Assembly (NCBI RefSeq): GCF_024521635.1
Contig: NW_026250406.1
Coordinates: forward strand, 1,364,001-1,428,000
Origin: Tricharina praecox
Taxonomy: Eukaryota
DNA length: 64,000 nucleotides
Direction of reading: 5' to 3'
Within the stretch, counting starts at the first letter, position 1, and the number at the start of each line of letters is the position of its first letter. Below the pieces are notes generated by a model. It worked only from the letters and a program-made list of their open reading frames with translations. It ran no database searches and was not told where the DNA came from. This document shows, in pieces, positions 49,296-60,288 of this stretch. The translations under genes were made by a program, and so were the position numbers.

Positions 49296-50972
49296 ATGTC
49301 CCGCCGCCCCACCACCTTCCGCGTAGGCAACATCCCCTCGTCCGCAACCCTCCCGGAGCTCAAGGATGCGCTCGTGAACGCCATGGCGGTTGAGGAGTGC
49401 GACGCCATAACCATCGAGGCAACGATCGCACCCGCAACCACGCACGCGGACGACGACACCAACACCGCGCTCGTCACATTCTCGCCGCAAGCGCCCAAGT
49501 TCCTGGGCCCATTGTGCAAAGCCGAAGATGTTCAGATCGACACGCCCCTGGGAGATCTGTCTTTCGATAAGACGTTCTACGGGCTGACGCAGCTGTATCC
49601 TACCACTCCCGATAAGCGGATCGAAGCTGAGTGAGTTCCTCCCCGCCCACCGCTTTCCGATGGTGGAGGTAGACTGACGACGGACAGTATCGTCGCGGTC
49701 ACGGGGCTCGACGGCCACGCCTTCGGCTCGTGGCGCGGGAAGGGCGAGCTCGCGCGGATGTGGCTGCGAGACTTCTTGGCGAAGGATCTACCGACGTGTC
49801 GCACGATGGCGTACGGGTACAACACGAAGCTGGGACACCATTCGATCCATACGATTGCCGACTACAAGATCGATCTGTTGGAGCAGATCAAAAATGCCCG
49901 GACTACCCCGGAGGTGCGCAGCGAGTGCGAGTGAGAGGTTGTGATACAGGCTGATGATCGGCATAGCAAAAACGACGGCCGCTGATCTTTATCGGACATA
50001 GTTTTGGCGGTATTGTGACTTTACAGGTATACTTATTTTCTTCCGCAACTCCGTCTGGGCTGATAATCTGCAATCCTGTAGGCGCTGGTCAAATCCGAAG
50101 AAGCCCTGGAATGGGATGACGATCCGGAGACGCACTCCATCTACCAAGCCACCAAAGCCGTCATGTTCTTCGGTACACCGCACCACGGCCTCCCGACTGA
50201 CGACATCCTCAGCATGATCGACGCCAAAAACAACGGCGAGCGCGCGGAGCTCGTCAAGTCCATCGGTGTCGGCTCGCCGGTGCTCTCGGAGCACCTCACC
50301 AAGTTTGGGCATTTTGCCGACAGGCTCAAGATCTTCAATTTCTACGAGCGGCAGAAGACAAGGGCCATCGACATAGTTCGTCCCCGCTGCGCCTCCCCGT
50401 GCGGATCCTGCTGACTTGTGGCGGGGAAAAAGACGGATGGCCGACCAGCGCGAACAGGCGACTACATAATCCCGGTGGACACAGACTCGGCGCTGCTGAA
50501 CCTGCCCTACGTACAGGAGACCGCAATCCCCGTCGACGGCGACCACAGCACGATGGTAAAGTTCAACAGCCAGACCGACCGCACCTACAAGACGATCCTG
50601 TCGCACCTGCGGACGCTGCTGAAGTCGCTTGCGGACGACGTGCCGCCCGTACCCTCGGCCACACAGACCTACACGCCCATCCCGCCCGGCCCCAAGGCTA
50701 CCAAAGACCTCATCGACGCTGTCACCCGCTGGGACGCGGCAAACGTTCGCATGATGCTCGAGTCCGGCGTCTCGCCTAACGTGCGGGATTTGAAGGGTGT
50801 CACCGTGCTGCATCATGCCGCGAGAACGGGCGATGAGGAGATTGTTACCATGCTCGTGAAGAAGGGCGCGGATACTAATGTGAGGGACTTTAAGATGAAG
50901 ACGCCGGGGGATTATGCGCGTTCCGCTGGGCACGGGGGGCTGGCGGGGAGGCTGATGGCGGGTATGTTGTGA
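49296..50972 (+). CDS. SesB-like alpha/beta hydrolase (lipase) with C-terminal ankyrin repeats (~484 aa)
   Basis: Exons 49296-49630, 49688-49913, 49967-50026, 50082-50375 and 50433-50972. Motifs DIVAVTGLDGHAFGSW, MWLRDFL, YGYN, RPLIFIGHSFGG (nucleophile elbow), FFGTPHHG and DHSTMVKF. Ankyrin motif GVTVLHHAARTGDEEIVTMLVKKGAD. Confidence 0.9.
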
Positions 50973-52430
50973 GGCGTGCGGAATAGGGATAGCGGCAGGA
51001 GTAATTTACCTAGTGTAGGCAGTTACGGTAGCTATTTATCACGTCTTATGTCGCTGAAGACTGTACGGATCGGGTTTTGGAGATGAAATGTCACGCGCTG
51101 GAATCGGGGCCGGTCTTCCCACTGCGGGCATACTCGTCGTTCTCCATCCGCTTGTCGACTCGTTTCGGAACGACAAGCGGATGGAGAACGATGAAGTGTG
51201 CGCCGTGGGAAGGCTGGCCATTAGGTAAAAGAAATCCAACCGGCCCTAGATACATCATACATCATACAGAACTTTGAATCGTAGGAGATGAGAAGAAGGA
51301 ATGCGTACGGGAGGGCCAAGAAGCCACTGCGCGACTCGTGCAATCTGCCTATATGTTGTACGACTTCAGAGAATTTTGTACAAACCCATGTGTTCTCTGC
51401 CACCGTAATGAGAGGAGCGCGATGTAGGGTGTAGATGTTTGACAAGATCGGGACATAGAGATCGATAAGATAACGCAGGGGAGAGGCTCGCCGGAATCCC
51501 CACTGCTGGAGAATCTACGCTATGCCTGGTTGGGTTGGTCTGTACTATGAAAGATGATCCTGCTCTCGAATCTTGGAAAGACAAAAGCTGATCCTTATAC
51601 TGCAAGTTAAAGCAACACCATGCTGTTGATGCATCATGATTCGCGACCGCACAGCCCCAGCGAGACTTCAAGACGACGCGAGTCATTATTTTATTTGGGA
51701 AGCAAGATTGGAGGCTCGTTCCGATAACTGGAGTGTATACTGTATGCTATATCCTGGGCGTTGCAAACTTATTAGGTAACTACCGTCTCGCGAGGCTCGT
51801 AACTATAGTTATTCCTGGTACCGTAGCCTGTGGGTGAGGGCGAACTGGCGCATTGGACCCCGGTTGCTGTCATGGACTAGCACTCGCTACTGAGGCATCT
51901 CGGTAATGTCGAAAAAGGTGGTATCGTGAAGTGCGTAGTTTACAGTGTATCAGACATAGCCGGAAGAAATGGATATGTAGAGGGAAGCCTGGGGTGCTTC
52001 GGATAGAGGCCTCTCGCCCCCTCGTGAGAGAACGGATACCGGAACAATCTAGACATATAGAGTGATCTCGTGTGACGCGGCACACGGAAGTTCGTGATTT
52101 TATGACACCGGTAACGGGAGTGACGATGGCGTCTGGGACTCCCGGGTCCGCAATTAAGCAGCGGTCTACGTAGTTATCGTGCCCTGGATCATATGAGCGT
52201 ATATCTGGAGGGAATCCGTAGCCCAGCGCGAAGCACGGGAATGATGAATCAATAGTATCATCGTCTCATGATCCACATTATTCGAACGCGAGTAAAAAAA
52301 GCAGAACAGTCAGAACGATGGCCCAAATGAAGGCCTCGGTAGCGCAGCATCTATGACTACTATCTGGATCGGGATTCTTCAGAATATATCGAGCTCTATA
52401 TACAGGCGGCTATTTACCCGTGGCAAGGCT

Positions 52431-53345
52431 TCAATCGAGAAAACTCTTCCTCTCTCGCTCTCCATTGCTCCGGCAGAAACATCCAACAACAACCCGGATA
52501 ACCGCCATTCCGAAACGCCACGCTACATATGCGGCCAGATGGTATCCGCAGACCATAGAAATTCCTGCGCAGCACACGGGGAGGACACACATGCCGATAC
52601 AGCAGGTAAGCCAGAGCGTGCGCTCGATCTCCGTGGGGAACGGCAGGAGCCATGGAGCCGCATGCAGGACCCCCGCTGTGATCAGGAAGAAGATGCCCAT
52701 CAACATCTCCATCGAGCCCGGCTTGAGCCAGTGCTTCGACGCGACGGAGGAGTCCGTGCTCGAGGGTTCCGCGATCGCCATGTTCACTACAATGTCGTAG
52801 TACGCCTTCGTGAACATCGCGACGGCACGGTTGCTGGATGTCCCCTTGTATGTGAACGTCGTGTCGGATCGTTCGTACTGTGCGCCAGGGAAAGTTGTCT
52901 CTACGGCCGGTGGGATCGAAGGGTCGGCGGTGGCGGAGAGGGTGATGGCGAGAGGTTCGCCGGAGGTGAGGTCCTCAGCACCGCAGAGTGTGGTATTCGA
53001 TCTTCGCCCGTCGGGCAGCTCGCCTGGGAAAGGGCTCTCCGGTGCCAGTGGAATCGAACGGTTCGTGGTATTGGAGGGTATGGCGGAGAGAGGTTCGCCT
53101 GGAGTGCGATCTTGAGTACCGTGGAGTGTTGCGTCAGATGTTCGGCGATGAAGCTGGTTGGTGGGGAGTGGGCGGTTGGGGGGTGTTGGGATGTAACGAT
53201 TTCGGAGGGTGATCTCGAAATCGAGAGGCTGCAGGTAAGACATCGACCGAGCACCTCCTGTGCACGCGGTGAGGTGAGGATTTCGAGGGGGCGGCGATTG
53301 CAGAAAATGAGCCAAGTGATCAGGCGTGCCAGCGCAGACGAACAA
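52431..53345 (-). pseudogene. 5'-truncated/degenerate paralogue of the membrane protein at 54605-55978
   Basis: KAYYDIVVN...LHAAPWLLPFPTEIERTLW...CIG matches KAFYDILVN...FHATAWNVEFPSSVERILW. The N-terminal half of the family is missing, and the loop carries a ~41-aa internal repeat. Confidence 0.6.
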
Positions 53346-53745
53346 TCGTAGTGTATCCTAGACTTCACATTCACTTCCCCGCACCCGACGATCAGCGCAC
53401 AGACCGAACACCTTTCTGTTTTTGCCTTGAACCGGGTAACTGGGACCGGGAAATTCTAGTCTTCCAAAGGTTGCATTCCCAAAATTATGGGCAAAATACC
53501 AATCTCCGGCTCCCGCATGCGAAAAATCGGTCGTTGGCGAATCTCCTCTGCCGAAGCGCGGGTCGGAAAAGTGAAAACAATTGCAAAGATGGGATTGGAG
53601 TCACCAACGTGTGAGGTACTCCTCCTATAGAACCGATGACTCCCTGAGTACCTCGTTGGTGAACATATCGCATACCGTTGTGTGGAAAGATGGGGATACC
53701 ACAGGCATGATTTCAGCCTGTAGAAAATGAGAGTCGATCACCGAT

Positions 53746-54281
53746 CAGGGCTGTCAACCGCCCGTCCGGACTACAGTCCACTAGTGGACTGTAGTCCTGT
53801 CCCGTCCCGGGTAGGCTTTGTAGAGGACTGATCAATTCCGTCCGGAGGATGAAATACCCGGATACCCACCAGGTACCTATAGGTACCTGATAACATTAGC
53901 GTACTATGGTGAATATTAGTTTGCGGAGTAGCGCGGTAGCTACCAACAGAATTTTCAGCCTTGAGCAGAATTCTCAGAGTTATCAAACGCTCAGGGGATA
54001 GACACTGCTGGAAGTGGGAACGGGGATGGTGTGAAAGTTCTATACCGTGAGGGACACTGCGAAAGAGAGCTGCACAGCCACACATCCGCACACCGGCGCC
54101 ACTGTGTGGCGCCATTCCGCTAGTAGTGTACTAGTGTCCCAGTAAATTCCGGGCCCTGTAGGGTATCTGTCCTCAGGTCACCAGCCCGGAGGACTGTAGT
54201 CCTTGTTTTTCTCAGCCCGAATAATTCCGTCCCGGGCCGGGCAACCTCAAAGACGGACGGGACGGACGGTTGACAGCCCTG
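53746..54281. mobile_element. hAT-type MITE, copy B (536 bp)
   Basis: Same TIRs and internal sequence as copy A, with a perfect 8-bp TSD TCACCGAT. Confidence 0.92.
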
Positions 54282-54604
54282 TCACCGATGCTGATTGACC
54301 GGCCAAAAAAGAAAGGAATCTCGTCCGTGCGGCCAGGTCTGAGGTTGGAGGGAGTGCACATATTCACCACACCAGTAGAGGAGGCGAGGTTACGGCATAC
54401 TCCCAATGTGCCCCTAGAGGCGCCTATAGGAAGATTGGCTCGCTAGCGCGAGGCTGCTCTCTGAAACCTCGCTTTGGAAAATGCACTCTGCTCAGTGGAT
54501 GTCTCACTCGCACGACGAGGATTGGTGTCCTCCATGCCGCTACAAACCCAACCATGCAGGGTAAGCTTCTAAGATTTTTATTCTGCTCATTCGAGCACGA
54601 ATAA

Positions 54605-55978
54605 TCATAGAATGTACTGATACATCCACCAGGCTGTCGATTTGCTCTCTATCCTCTTGGCATGTGCTTTGGCCAGTATGTCAGTCGCCTTCAGGGACTC
54701 TTCGTGAAGCCGCAGAATACTGATGTTCTTCGAGTGGAACTCCCAGGTAACGTTGATGATATCCTGCTGGTAGCCCCAGGGAATTGCCATTACCGCAAGG
54801 CATACGGGAAAGATGCAAATCCCGACGGTGGAGACGCGCCAGAGGATGCGCTCGACGGAGGAGGGAAACTCCACGTTCCAAGCGGTGGCATGGAAGATCC
54901 CGACGCTCACGACGAAGAACAGCTCCATGAGGATGCGCATGTTGCTGTATATGAAGCTCATGGATGATTCGTCGTCCGTTTCTTCGTCGAGATCGATGGG
55001 AGAGAAGTTGACGAGTATGTCGTAGAAAGCCTTTGCGATGACTGCAATCACGCTAGAGGGACACTGTTCCTTGATGTAAAGCAGTTTTCTGGGGCGTTCG
55101 TACTCGTGCTCGAGGAGAGGAGCGCGACGGATGTGACGGTGGGTGTCCGGTGAGGGGGGATCTTCAGTTTTGGGTGGGCGGAGGCTGATGGTGAGGGGTT
55201 CGTTGATATCGAGTGGCTTGTTCCACCAGAAGGCGAAGGTGAACATTGTGCATCCTACTTGAATCAGGACGTGAATCTCGAGTAGCGTCAGCGGAAGATT
55301 CGCATTCCACCGTGCAAAGCACGAGGCGAACAGCCATATAGCCTGGAAGCTGGAAAACAACTTCATGATGTTGCTGACTTTGCACTTGTCCAATATCGCA
55401 GCTTTGTCAAAGGTTTTCGTATCGATCCGGTGGTCCCTGAGGTGTTTTAGGAAGCCCGCCGACGTCAGTGTTGCCGTATCCGCCGTGTATTCCGGTATTG
55501 TTGGTACCCTCTCCCCAGCTTCCTTTGTCACGCTGGGATCAAGTACGAACCCCCCCATGACAACAAAAAACGCCCCATCCATCCCCAAATAATCCGGTTG
55601 ATTGGCGCAGTGAGTCTTCCAGGCTTTATTCAGCTTGCGGGCCTCCCACCACTCGCCGAACGCACACACGATCATGCCCTCGGGAACGATGATCGACACG
55701 ACCATCAGTGCCGCCTTATGACAGAACCGGTACCGGTTTGCGACCCCGCGGATGATGTTTGGGTGTACTGCCGTCCAGACGCAGAATCCAAAGGTCACGG
55801 TACAGCTGAAAAGTAGGCCCCATGTTCCGCGCCCTTTGGGCTCCGGTTCGAACGTACCGAATCGTGTGTGTTTCGTTCTGGCGGACTCGGCACCGTCCGT
55901 GATATTTGGCGATGCCGGTGCTGCCAATGCCAGTACGATGCAAGACGTCAACAGCACTGGTAGGTAATGTAGCGACAT
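54605..55978 (-). CDS. Uncharacterised fungal multi-pass membrane protein (GRGTW..SC..CVWTAVHPN / MGGF / LPLTLLE / WWNKPLD family), possibly C-terminally truncated
   Basis: 457-aa ORF with a signal-peptide-like N-terminus, several TM segments and family motifs. The 3' end is uncertain. Confidence 0.7.
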   Translation of the reverse strand: MSLHYLPVLLTSCIVLALAAPASPNITDGAESARTKHTRFGTFEPEPKGRGTWGLLFSCTVTFGFCVWTAVHPNIIRGVANRYRFCHKAALMVVSIIVPEGMIVCAFGEWWEARKLNKAWKTHCANQPDYLGMDGAFFVVMGGFVLDPSVTKEAGERVPTIPEYTADTATLTSAGFLKHLRDHRIDTKTFDKAAILDKCKVSNIMKLFSSFQAIWLFASCFARWNANLPLTLLEIHVLIQVGCTMFTFAFWWNKPLDINEPLTISLRPPKTEDPPSPDTHRHIRRAPLLEHEYERPRKLLYIKEQCPSSVIAVIAKAFYDILVNFSPIDLDEETDDESSMSFIYSNMRILMELFFVVSVGIFHATAWNVEFPSSVERILWRVSTVGICIFPVCLAVMAIPWGYQQDIINVTWEFHSKNISILRLHEESLKATDILAKAHAKRIESKSTAWWMYQYIL

Positions 55979-56762
55979 CGCGGGATACGGGTCCGCTGAA
56001 CAAGGCGGAGGCTTGGCTGAAACGCCCCGGGGGAGTGACAGTGTGCTTAGTATTGAATTGTTTCCCCCTTAGTACCTTCAGGTATGATTGCCGGAGGTTA
56101 CTACAAGCGTCGGCCAACCTAGCAACCTCATACGATTGAGAATGAATCTCCAGGGCACTGGAAGTACCTTCTATGAATTAATTACCACAACCAAAGAGAA
56201 TACTATGATGGCGGAAAACGAGATGAACTTACAATGCGCCGATAAGTCTCAATAGGTTTCGTTATGAGTGAGATGGATATCGAGGCTGTCCGTTTTGATG
56301 TACTATGGGCGGTGGCGATGTGACCGTAGATATACGCATTGATTCTACGCGTCACGGCGGGGACCGCAAGTCATGTTACGCACAGAATACAGGCCGTAAA
56401 TGTCTATACTATTGCATGATTATGATAGCTGCGGCCATGGCACGAATAGGCATCAGCGGCTGAGACATCGACTAGGTGTGGTGGGTGCATATAGATGATC
56501 ATAGGCTACGGTTTCGGAAGTTCAGCCGCACGAAATAAGCAAAGTTGAAAGGTTATCATAGGTCGGCCAAGAGGCCCAATTTACTCTATGTACATACTCT
56601 TGATGTAACCTGTAGCATCGCCTAGTTTGCGAAGAGGTTGAGTTACCCCGCCCTTGAGGCTTAGCAACCGGTAAGGAATCAGGAACTCTTTCCATATTCC
56701 CTCAGCGGTCTCCTCGGATCTCCAGTCTCTTTGGCAAGGGACCAGTCACTTTGCCTGGGGAC

Positions 56763-59700
56763 CAGGCCTGTGATTCGTCCGTCCAGTCCGTCCAGTCCGT
56801 TCTGGGCTATGCATCGACGGGACCGAATCTGTCTGGCCCGGACCGCGGGGAATATCAAGGACTATATAGTTCCGGGCAAAATCAGGAAAAACAATTTCTC
56901 TATGAACGTGGCCGGCTGCGTGTACAAACGTGCGACGTTCAGCGCGTCAAGTGAGTTGGAAGCGTGTGTACGGACCCGCGCCACCATATTCCCTGGCAAC
57001 GACGTCAGCTGGGGTGGGGTGTTCGAACGTTCGTTGGAACGCTGTTAGGCGAAACATCATACCCAGAAATCAGTGTGATTTTATTGTTATTCATTACTTG
57101 CATCTTGGCGGTATCTACAACCCGTCCGGTCCCACAACTCTTCTTAGCATCGCCCTTAACTGGCCCGTTCCTACAACTCTTCCCCAGCCTCGCCTTGCTC
57201 TCACAACTCCTCCCTAGCCTTGCCCTTGACTGACCCCTTCCCTCAACTCTTCCGTGCCATGACTCTTCCGCCACCTGACTCTTCCGGGGCCTTGCCTCCC
57301 TCTCTGAGCTCTTCCACGCTCTCAGCCTCAACCGGCCGGTTCCCTCAACTCTTCCCCCGCCGCGCACTTGACTGGCCGTTCAATCGGCTCTTCCACGCCC
57401 TCGCTGTGCTGCCTGGAAATTACTAGGCATTCACTCTGTGCAATAGCTCGAGGACTTTCCCAGCGTTACCGGAGTCAGGACCGCCTATACGCACCTGACG
57501 GATTTTGTTTTCTTCCTGATGCTGTTAGTCTTTGTAAAGTCGCCTAATATCATGCACGCTCCGTGGAATCGTACCCATCGTGATTTCCCCACGTCTTACA
57601 TCCGGGCGATCGCGGAGCTTCCCCACTGCCCAAGAAAAATCTGAATCCAACTCTAGCAGGCGTGACGGTGGACATCATTTTAAATAAGGACGCGTTGCGC
57701 ACTCCGCAGATGATGAGGGACGAAGCCGCTGTTACTGTTGAAGCCGCTGTGCTTGTCGAGACAGTGCTTGCATATCCAGTGACGTTCATCCTCGACCGCT
57801 AAAGGATCCTCATGCTGCCAGATGACAGACGCCAGCTTCTGCTGGCCTGCAGTCTGCGCAGGTGCCGGTTCCGCAACTGTCGCCGGTGGATCTAGCGTGG
57901 TCGGGACCCTGTGGTACATCAACTTGCTCAGGACGTGGTCAGGGGAACTCAATAACAACTCCAACCGAAAGTTTGCTTGCTCCCAGTTGAGTTGTCTGGT
58001 AGCGAGTGTTGTTTGAGTAATCCGCTCTCTCCCACGACCAAGACTCACGAAAGGGACTTTGCCGGCTTCTAGATGCTTGACTGGAGGGTGACGTCGAGAT
58101 CTCAGCTGGGTGGTAGCAAGTGTTGCTTGAGTAATCCGCCCTCTCCTACGAGGTGCTTGACCGGAGGGTGACGTCGATGACGGACCAGATGATGGTGGTG
58201 ACGGTGCCCTTGAGTCTCTTGACGAGCATGCCAACGCAAGTCTCCATGTTCGCCGGGAGCCTGGTGATAATGACCGGGACCTCTTCCGTGATCTTGCCGA
58301 CCTTCCAGTCCCAACCGTTGTCAAACCTACAGGGCGATTAGCGAAACGAAGAGCTGTAAGTGACTCTGAGTCGAAGAAACTTACATGCGTTCGATTGAGC
58401 TGTTCATTGTGTATTGCAGACGAAGAAAAAGCCCGATTGGATACCTTCCTGAGGAGAAGAAAAAGAAAAAGGAGAAGAGACGACAGTCAGAGGTGGACGA
58501 GGATTGCGGGTTCTGGCTTTTGGTTACGGGTTCGGACTTGCGATGCGGGATGTGGGTTGGCTGCAAGGTGTGAAGGAAAGAAGGGTGAAGTGGAGAAGGG
58601 GATTGAAGTGCAGGAGGATAGTGTGGGAGTAGGGATCAGTGTGATCAGGGGTTTCCTGCGACGGGAGACATAATGTAAGTGGTGTTTTGGCAAGCTGAGT
58701 ATTGGCCGACTCACAACTCACTGCATTCAAAGACTGGTGGGTGAAAGTGTCTTTTGAAAATGTACCCAGAACCTTCCCCACAAATGCGGAGTGTACGAGC
58801 AAGACCAATGTAATACTAGTACGAACAGTTCGATCTGCTCCCTTCGACGGGTGGAAGTAGTCCCGTTCAAGAGGTCGACCAACGCTCCGACGCTTTCTAT
58901 ATCTTTCTCCGCACTTACAACACCGCACACAGCTACGCCAATGAATCAGCCCCTTCGACGGGTGGCAGCAATCTCGCTCAAGACGTCGACTACCTCTCCG
59001 ACGGTCTCGCTATCCTTCTCGTCAGGTACAACACCGCACACAGCGACGCCAACGACTCCGCCCCTTCGATGGTTCGCAGCAGTGCCGCTCAGTGTGATCG
59101 CAGCTACAAAGGAGGATGTATTGCAGGTACGCATCAGCATAAATCATAGGTTCCAATAAGTATCTAATGAGGCGGATGTGGCACAGCTGCGGTGGAGGAA
59201 ATATCGCCGGTACGAATAAGGATGAATGTGAGCTACGAAGGAGGATGTATCGCAGCTACGAAGTTGAATGTTATAGCAATTGAGAGAATGTTGGCCGCTC
59301 TTTGTGAGGAGGATCTGGTGTAATATCAAGAGTCTATATCAAAGAGTTGCTCCTACTTAGTGGCTTAAGAATATTCTGCAAGTTCCCCCTTTTGTGACCC
59401 GACAGGTTATTCCGACGTCTGCAGATAGCAGAAACATGCTCAGTCGGTCTTGATACACTATCCCCACCAGTCCCGAAAGAAACATCCACCTGTGTGTAAA
59501 CTGGTCAATGTGGGAGGGCCACGCTGCCGTGTATAGAGGTCACTGCTAACCTACCGTCTCACGAAAAAATCGTTATAAATGTTGGGAAAGCAGCACCATA
59601 GCGAGCTTCAGTGTTTCGATCAAATAGACAAGCATTTTCTTTCTCTCTGTCTCTCAACTGGCCCGTTCCCACAACTCTTCCGCGCCCTCGCCCTTGACTG

Positions 59701-60288
59701 GTCAGATCTCTCAACTATTCCTTGATGCCAGCCTAAACCAGAGGAGGACGGGAGGCTGGAGCCTCATTGAGGCCCCGAAGTGTGGTCGCTAGTGGTACAT
59801 GTCGTGGCGCGGTGACCCAGCAGGCTGGCACTGGTATGATGCCGTCTCTCCTCAATTTTATCGTTTTTCACCAATACTCCTGGAACCAGGCGTGCCAGAC
59901 AGGATTAAAATGATGATCAGGGGTTGAATAAACTACAGAATGCTACTACTGCCTACAGCACGGCCATTTCCCTCGAGTCCGACTGAAGTCATGCTATGTG
60001 AATGTCTGTTGCTCGCTGCTGACTTTCAAGTTGACATTCCACTGTGATAAGATAAGAAATAATGTGGGCTACGGTATCCGATCAACTGCAAGACTTTCAC
60101 CGAACTAACCGATGAAAGTTCGGGTTTGCGATGCCGCACCAAACGTTTCCGGACCGTACGGAGCCGGTCAGGCTCCGTGTATTTTGTACATTGTACCGGA
60201 CTGCTCTAGTCTGAATAATCCTTGCCCCGGGCGGGACTGCGTCGCCGGGCCCTAATGGTCTTCCGTCCGGACAGACTAATCCCAGGCC
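56763..60288 (-). mobile_element. Decayed hAT transposon (~3.5 kb) with BED zinc-finger remnant
   Basis: Left TIR CAGGCCTGTGATTCGTCCGTCC; right end GGACAGACTAATCCCAGGCCT. Flanks are CTGGGGAC and CTGGGGTC (8-bp TSD with 1 mismatch). Minus-strand IWQH...WICKHC...HHLRSAQ resembles zf-BED. Confidence 0.65.

Noticed and set aside
49989..50933. 314-aa minus-strand ORF
   Set aside because: Antisense to the well-supported SesB-ankyrin gene.
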